Origin: Pseudomonadota bacterium
Lineage (GTDB): Bacteria; Bdellovibrionota_C; UBA2361; OMII01
Length of the DNA stretch: 64,000 nucleotides
Direction: 5' to 3'
Assembly (NCBI GenBank): GCA_038134595.1
Contig: JAYPVM010000001.1
Span: 1-64,000 of the forward strand
How positions within the stretch are numbered: the first letter of the stretch is position 1; every line of letters starts with the position of its first letter. The translations under genes and the position numbers were made by a program. Shown in pieces: positions 59,067 through 64,000 of the stretch. The notes under the pieces were generated by a model, which was not told the DNA's origin, did no database searches, and was given only the letters and a program-made list of their open reading frames with translations.

Positions 59067-60332
59067 ATGGGTAGTGAAAAAAAGCCGATCAAACCAATAA
59101 TCCTAACCTCTCATCCAGCTCGAGATGAAGCCTTACTGCATCCGATTCATTGGGGCGCTCCAACGGCGCACGAACGCGGGCCAATTGTGGGTGGAATCGC
59201 TGATTCACATCATCGAAATTGTATCGGAACTCACTCTGGCTCATATTCAGTGTATCGTGCTCTTGCAGTTGCCTCGGGGGCTCTAAAATCAGACCATATA
59301 CCTGATCTAACAGACACGCGCCCCGTGGTGTCGGTCGGGCCCTTTGATAGCTGGAAGAATTCGCAAAGGATAATCTCAATCGACCCATGGGGCGCCGAAG
59401 TAGATCGACACTTCTCGCACCTAAGTAGTAGCGGCGTTCACGCGCAACCCACCATCGCCATCACTCAGGCTCACATATCAATCCCTGAGATAGTTACTCT
59501 CGTCGATAACAAGAAGATCCGTGCCGACGGCTGTGTTATACAAGAAGACGGAGATTGTTTCGTTACAAAAGCCGCCATTGAACCCGTCTGGTACCTACCT
59601 GCCATTGCACAGCGCTTTAAGATCGAAGAGAGTGATTTACGACGTGGGCTCTTTGAGCAAACCGCTGGAATGTTTCCCGAGCTTATTACGCGGCCAGACC
59701 TCTCTGTTCTTCTGCCCCCAATAGGAGGTCACACGGTTTATTTTTTCGGAGATCCCGAACTCATCCGAGATCCCTCCAAAGAGGTGACCGTTCGAGTCCA
59801 TGATGAATGTAACGGCTCTGACGTATTCGGTTCAGACATCTGTACATGCAGGCCCTATCTAATTCACGGAATTGAAGAATGTATCCTGACAGCACAAGAT
59901 GGAGGTATCGGCATTATCGTTTACAATAGAAAGGAGGGGCGCGCACTCGGAGAGGTCACGAAGTTTCTGGTATATAACGCACGAAAGCGTCAGGAAGGCG
60001 GAGACACCGCCGACAAATATTTTCACCGAACAGAGTGCGTAGCAGGTGTTCAAGACATGCGATTTCAAGAACTCATGCCAGATGTTCTTCACTGGATAGG
60101 GATAACAAAAATAGACCGTTTTGTTTCCATGAGTGATATGAAATACGACGCTATAACCAACTCGGGCATACAAATCCTCAAGCGCGTCTCTATACCAGCA
60201 GATAGAATCCCCGCCGATGCGCATGTAGAAATTCAAGCTAAACGAGCGGCCGGCTACTTTGTCGAAGAAGCAAAACCGACAAAAAAAGAACTTACCACCG
60301 TAAAAGGGCGCTCAATGTCTATAAAAAAATAA
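59067..60332 (+). CDS. URC1/Urg1-type GTP cyclohydrolase II-like protein
   Basis: N-terminal IHWGA...RGP...IGTHSGSYSVYRALA domain; RVHDECNGSDVFGSDICTCRPYL; KEGRALGEVTK. Start at ATG 59067. Confidence 0.93.
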   Translation: MGSEKKPIKPIILTSHPARDEALLHPIHWGAPTAHERGPIVGGIADSHHRNCIGTHSGSYSVYRALAVASGALKSDHIPDLTDTRPVVSVGPFDSWKNSQRIISIDPWGAEVDRHFSHLSSSGVHAQPTIAITQAHISIPEIVTLVDNKKIRADGCVIQEDGDCFVTKAAIEPVWYLPAIAQRFKIEESDLRRGLFEQTAGMFPELITRPDLSVLLPPIGGHTVYFFGDPELIRDPSKEVTVRVHDECNGSDVFGSDICTCRPYLIHGIEECILTAQDGGIGIIVYNRKEGRALGEVTKFLVYNARKRQEGGDTADKYFHRTECVAGVQDMRFQELMPDVLHWIGITKIDRFVSMSDMKYDAITNSGIQILKRVSIPADRIPADAHVEIQAKRAAGYFVEEAKPTKKELTTVKGRSMSIKK

Positions 60333-60356
60333 TACGTATACGCAGGACAAACCTCA

Positions 60357-61571
60357 ATGAGTGAAGACATTAAGTATCTCCTTACCCCTACTGCCATTCG
60401 AGAGCGCTCGAATCAGATCTTAGCCCTGGCTAAAAATGATCTCTTAAACCACTTTAGTTTGCACGAAGATCAGATTCATTACCTTTCTAGAGCGCTCTTA
60501 GAGGAGATACATCAGAACTATCCTGAGCGAAATATCCCCTATCACAGCAGATGGCGGCATTTCTCCGTGGATGGATCCAACAGAATCGACAGGCTCAATT
60601 CATCGCTAGAAGGGCTATCCTCTATGGAAGCCTGCATGGCAAAACTGGAACTTACAGTTATAAGTGTTCTCCTTGATGCCGGCGCCGGAAACTCGTGGAA
60701 CTACATCGACAAAGCAACCGGAAAGACCTTCGCTCGCTCAGAAGGTCTAGCCATAGCATCACTTAATGGATTTGCATCCGGAGCATTCGGAGAGAGGCCC
60801 TTTACGGCTTCTGCAGATAGTTTGCGTGCCATCTCTGTAGAGAGTCTTGAGCAGATATTCCAAGCGACTTCATCTAATCCCCTGGCTGGAGTCGATGGTC
60901 GCGCCGCTCTCATGAATACCCTCGGTGAGTGTGCGCGAAGGATGCCGTGCGTTTTGCCCTCTACAACACCCCGACTTGGAAATATATTAGGAGAAATACT
61001 CGAGCAGACTACAGAAAACATCCTCGATGCCGAGGATCTACTCGCTATCGTACTAACAGCCTTCGGCTCAATCTGGCCTGGCCGACTACTCGTTGACGGC
61101 GTTGCTCTCGGTGATGTCTGGAAGCATTCACAGGTGAGAGGCGAGGGTAAAACTGACAAATTAGTGCCCTTCCATAAACTTTCACAGTGGCTTACTTACT
61201 CGTTACTCGAGCCACTTGAAAGTTTTGGAATTCAGATTGTAGGCCTTGAAAAGCTGACGGGCCTCGCGGAATACCGCAACGGCGGACTCTTCATTGATGC
61301 CGGGGTTATCGCACTTCGAGAGTCCGATAGCTACCGTATCGAACATTCTCCCTCCTCTGAACTTATCGTTGAATGGCGAGCGTTAACAATTGCTCTTTTA
61401 GATCGGCTCGCCTCACAGCTCCGCGCTGATTTAGGCGTTTCTACCGAGGAAATGCCGCTTGCAAAGATCCTACAAGGAGGCACGTGGAGTCTGGGAAGGA
61501 AATTTGCTAACCGAGCCCGCACCGATGGCAGTCCTCCTTTAGCGATTAAAAGTGATGGCACCGTATTTTAA
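60357..61571 (+). CDS. URC4/Urg3 (DUF1688) family protein
   Basis: IPYHSRWRHF, SVLLDAGAG, RSEGLA, FHKLSQWLTYSL, LAEYRNGGL, SDGTVF. Confidence 0.93.
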   Translation: MSEDIKYLLTPTAIRERSNQILALAKNDLLNHFSLHEDQIHYLSRALLEEIHQNYPERNIPYHSRWRHFSVDGSNRIDRLNSSLEGLSSMEACMAKLELTVISVLLDAGAGNSWNYIDKATGKTFARSEGLAIASLNGFASGAFGERPFTASADSLRAISVESLEQIFQATSSNPLAGVDGRAALMNTLGECARRMPCVLPSTTPRLGNILGEILEQTTENILDAEDLLAIVLTAFGSIWPGRLLVDGVALGDVWKHSQVRGEGKTDKLVPFHKLSQWLTYSLLEPLESFGIQIVGLEKLTGLAEYRNGGLFIDAGVIALRESDSYRIEHSPSSELIVEWRALTIALLDRLASQLRADLGVSTEEMPLAKILQGGTWSLGRKFANRARTDGSPPLAIKSDGTVF

Positions 61572-61586
61572 AATAAAAGGATTACT

Positions 61587-62225
61587 ATGAAAAAATCACA
61601 CGCCTTAACTGTTGTCTCTCATCCACTCATTCAACATAAACTCACTCTCATGCGAAAGGAAGAAACCCCTTGTTCGGAATTTCGCATGCTCCTCAAGGAA
61701 ATCAGCCTCCTGCTTGCCTATGAGGTAACCAGAGACCTCGAGCTTACAAGCATAGACATCAAGACTCCAATTCAATCCATGAAGGCTCCCGTAGTCAAAA
61801 ATACAGAGATCACCCTGGTGTCGATTTTACGAGCGGGAAATGGGTTGTTAGAGGGAATGCTTGAGCTGCTCCCATTTGCCCGAGTTGGTCATATCGGTCT
61901 TTATCGAGATCCCGCAACGCTTGCTCCAGTTGAATACTACTTTAAGATGCCACCTCAGATATCGAAGCAAGGCATCATCGTAGTGGATCCAATGCTTGCC
62001 ACCGGAAACTCAAGTATAGCAGCAATAGCACGGATTAAAGAAAAGACTCCTCAATCTATTAAATTCATGTCTCTACTAGCAGCGCCTGAAGGTATCGAGC
62101 TTATGCAGCAGGAACATCCGGACGTTCACATTTATACCGCCGCTATTGATACATGCCTAAATGAACACGGATACATCACTCCGGGTCTTGGAGATGCTGG
62201 AGATCGCATCTTTGGAACGCGGTAA
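61587..62225 (+). CDS. upp: Uracil phosphoribosyltransferase
   Basis: [32 protein letters not shown]. Confidence 0.97.
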   Translation: MKKSHALTVVSHPLIQHKLTLMRKEETPCSEFRMLLKEISLLLAYEVTRDLELTSIDIKTPIQSMKAPVVKNTEITLVSILRAGNGLLEGMLELLPFARVGHIGLYRDPATLAPVEYYFKMPPQISKQGIIVVDPMLATGNSSIAAIARIKEKTPQSIKFMSLLAAPEGIELMQQEHPDVHIYTAAIDTCLNEHGYITPGLGDAGDRIFGTR

Positions 62226-62258
62226 TAACACGCTTTTTTTCAGTCTCGGCTATTTAGC

Positions 62259-63380
62259 TTATCTCGACTCAAGCAACTCGTCGATAATGTGAGGCTGACG
62301 ACTGGGCTCCTCATCCCATTGGTCACTCCATAAGTGAAGCACCTGGGTAGCCCCATGTGCTTTAAAGAGCTTGTCCTGAAACACATCTCTTCCTGAACCT
62401 CGCTTTCCGTCAGGACCTATTGAGCTATGGAAAAGATCTCCGTCACATTCAACGACAATTTTCTTCCTGTCTTTTGTGACGATAAGATAATCTGCCGCCA
62501 CAAGTGCCATGAGCGGCTGCTCTATTAATACATGTCCTCTTGATTCACAGTAGCGCCTCAGGGCATCTCCAACACTTTTCTCAAAGCGGGTATTACCATA
62601 GTAATCCTGTTGTCTTTCGAAGCTCTGCAATTTATCGACATAGGCCATCTCCTCTGGCTTAATAACCTCAGCCACAATCAAAGAGTGATAAATGAGTGTC
62701 CAATTTTCCTTTGAGAGGTCTCGTGAAAGATCTTGTTCTCTGACAACTTGATCCAGACGTTCTGGGTAGTCTTTAGCAATTGCCCATGCTGTTTGCGCCA
62801 ACGTCGTTTCATCGAGACAGCCCATTTTAGAAGACCGCCTCTCTTTCGTTATTTCGTTGATACTCTGCTTGGCAAGTTCTCGCGATTGAATGTCGAGATG
62901 TGCGGAAGCAAATAGCAGTTGGCTAAAGTCTCGAGATGAAGTTTTTCTATCGCTCTTCAATCGTTCAAAAGATCTTTCAAAAAATTGGCAGTGTCTGTAA
63001 CCGATATGCGAAAAGTCGCTGCATAGGTCTATAACATTGCGACAATTGTACCGACCGGTGTTTCCTAGAAAGTGATCCGCTACTTGCCCTAAGACTCTCT
63101 GAAAGGAGGATTCAAATCTTACCATGCGATCTTCCTCGCACAATCCTCGTAACGCCCTTACGATGCGAGAACTAACCACTGGCATCTTTTTAAAATTGGG
63201 CTTGGCGAGGTACAAGCGATAGGTGAGCGCTAAGTACTGTACTCGGTCAAGCACCTCAAGCGATCTATCTTGCACAATTTCCGATACTTTGTCTGAGATC
63301 AACGCGGGATTACTTGGCAAGTCAAAGCTTACTCTTGCTGTAGGAGGCGTTGGTAATGTGTCACGATGGAATTGTTGCAT
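62259..63380 (-). CDS. Helical-repeat protein with C-terminal RAP/DUF559-like (Vsr-type nuclease fold) domain
   Basis: FEKSV...ADYLI...IVVECDGDLFH...RDVFQD...W; preceding helical repeats (SQLLFASAHL, LAQTAWAIA). Start at ATG 63380. Confidence 0.65.
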   Translation of the reverse strand: MQQFHRDTLPTPPTARVSFDLPSNPALISDKVSEIVQDRSLEVLDRVQYLALTYRLYLAKPNFKKMPVVSSRIVRALRGLCEEDRMVRFESSFQRVLGQVADHFLGNTGRYNCRNVIDLCSDFSHIGYRHCQFFERSFERLKSDRKTSSRDFSQLLFASAHLDIQSRELAKQSINEITKERRSSKMGCLDETTLAQTAWAIAKDYPERLDQVVREQDLSRDLSKENWTLIYHSLIVAEVIKPEEMAYVDKLQSFERQQDYYGNTRFEKSVGDALRRYCESRGHVLIEQPLMALVAADYLIVTKDRKKIVVECDGDLFHSSIGPDGKRGSGRDVFQDKLFKAHGATQVLHLWSDQWDEEPSRQPHIIDELLESR

Positions 63381-63671
63381 TACTCGAGTATACAACTGGT
63401 AGCAATCTTACTCCACATCACCCCAAGACTATCCATATACCTGAAATTAATTGCTATTTTCTAAACATATCATCTATGCTGCCAGTCTCCTAAGCAGCTC
63501 TCTTGGAACCCTTTACCTCGGGCACCCATCTTCAAGCTTGTGAAAAACCTGCAAATAACTTGATTTAAGGACTATCGTGACGGAGATTTCTACTACGAAA
63601 TAACCACAGACCCCTTGCATTCGTCTTTAGAAACAGTCCTCGGCTACTGCGCGACTACCTTGTTTAGTCTC

Positions 63672-64000
63672 CTAACACCAATACGGTGAGGCATCCCCGT
63701 TAGAATCAAGCAATTCCAAGTGTTTTAGCAAGTCACTTATCGCAGGAGAATTTATAAATTCGATAAGGGCACTTTGGTCGCCATGGAGCAATGTATTAAA
63801 AACCAATCCCTGAAACTCCTCGGCAATATCCTCATGAGCAATAGAATCTGGCAAGAATGTTTGACTTCGGGGATGATCAAAAACTCTCCGAAACACTCGC
63901 GCCATCTCCAAGCGAGCCTCTCTAACAGTATCTGATGGAGTTAACAGAAAGCCTCCCAACAATACCGATATCCCGCTCCGACATTCCTGCTCGGACGCTT
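63672..64000 (-). CDS. Hypothetical protein, C-terminal fragment (5' end outside window)
   Basis: Frame stays open from 63962 to the window end. Confidence 0.55.
   Translation of the reverse strand, partial: ASEQECRSGISVLLGGFLLTPSDTVREARLEMARVFRRVFDHPRSQTFLPDSIAHEDIAEEFQGLVFNTLLHGDQSALIEFINSPAISDLLKHLELLDSNGDASPYWC

Noticed and set aside
59067..60332. Calling this gene ribA (riboflavin synthesis)
   Set aside because: The URC1-specific N-terminal domain and linkage to URC4 and upp indicate uracil catabolism.
1..64000. tRNA/rRNA genes, CRISPR arrays, IS/transposase/integrase genes, and the many short antisense ORFs in the track
   Set aside because: No cloverleaf or T-loop context, no regularly spaced repeats and no DDE or tyrosine-recombinase motifs seen by eye. 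The short antisense ORFs lie inside well-supported genes.

Overview
Bacterial chromosomal window, gene-dense, with no rRNA, tRNA, CRISPR array or mobile element that I can support. The gene content suggests a deltaproteobacteria/Bdellovibrionota-like environmental lineage; this is an impression, not a test. The left edge (1-4037) holds the best candidate for a new system, a putative RiPP-like cluster. It has a 58-aa peptide (acidic leader, C-terminal CGAGTCSGCTVR core; not called as a separate ORF in the track), a hairpin, a stand-alone GRDP/DUF1399-like protein and a GT4-type glycosyltransferase. A TauD-family Fe/2OG dioxygenase is transcribed divergently, and a TPMT-like methyltransferase and an M3 oligopeptidase (cut by the window edge) lie beyond it. 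The rest is mostly housekeeping and metabolism: cystathionine lyase/synthase, cysD-cysNC, topA, nhaD, phhAB, ilvA (with an unannotated Ile-rich leader peptide), mnmG, a cluster-less MutY, cysK, trxB, a MoxR-vWA pair, speB-speA-DHS-like (homospermidine) and an mmsA-URC1-URC4-upp uracil catabolism operon. Several large orphan proteins carry HicA-like, FHA-like, TPR-like or RAP-like domains. All family calls come from motif recognition by eye; no database searches were run.
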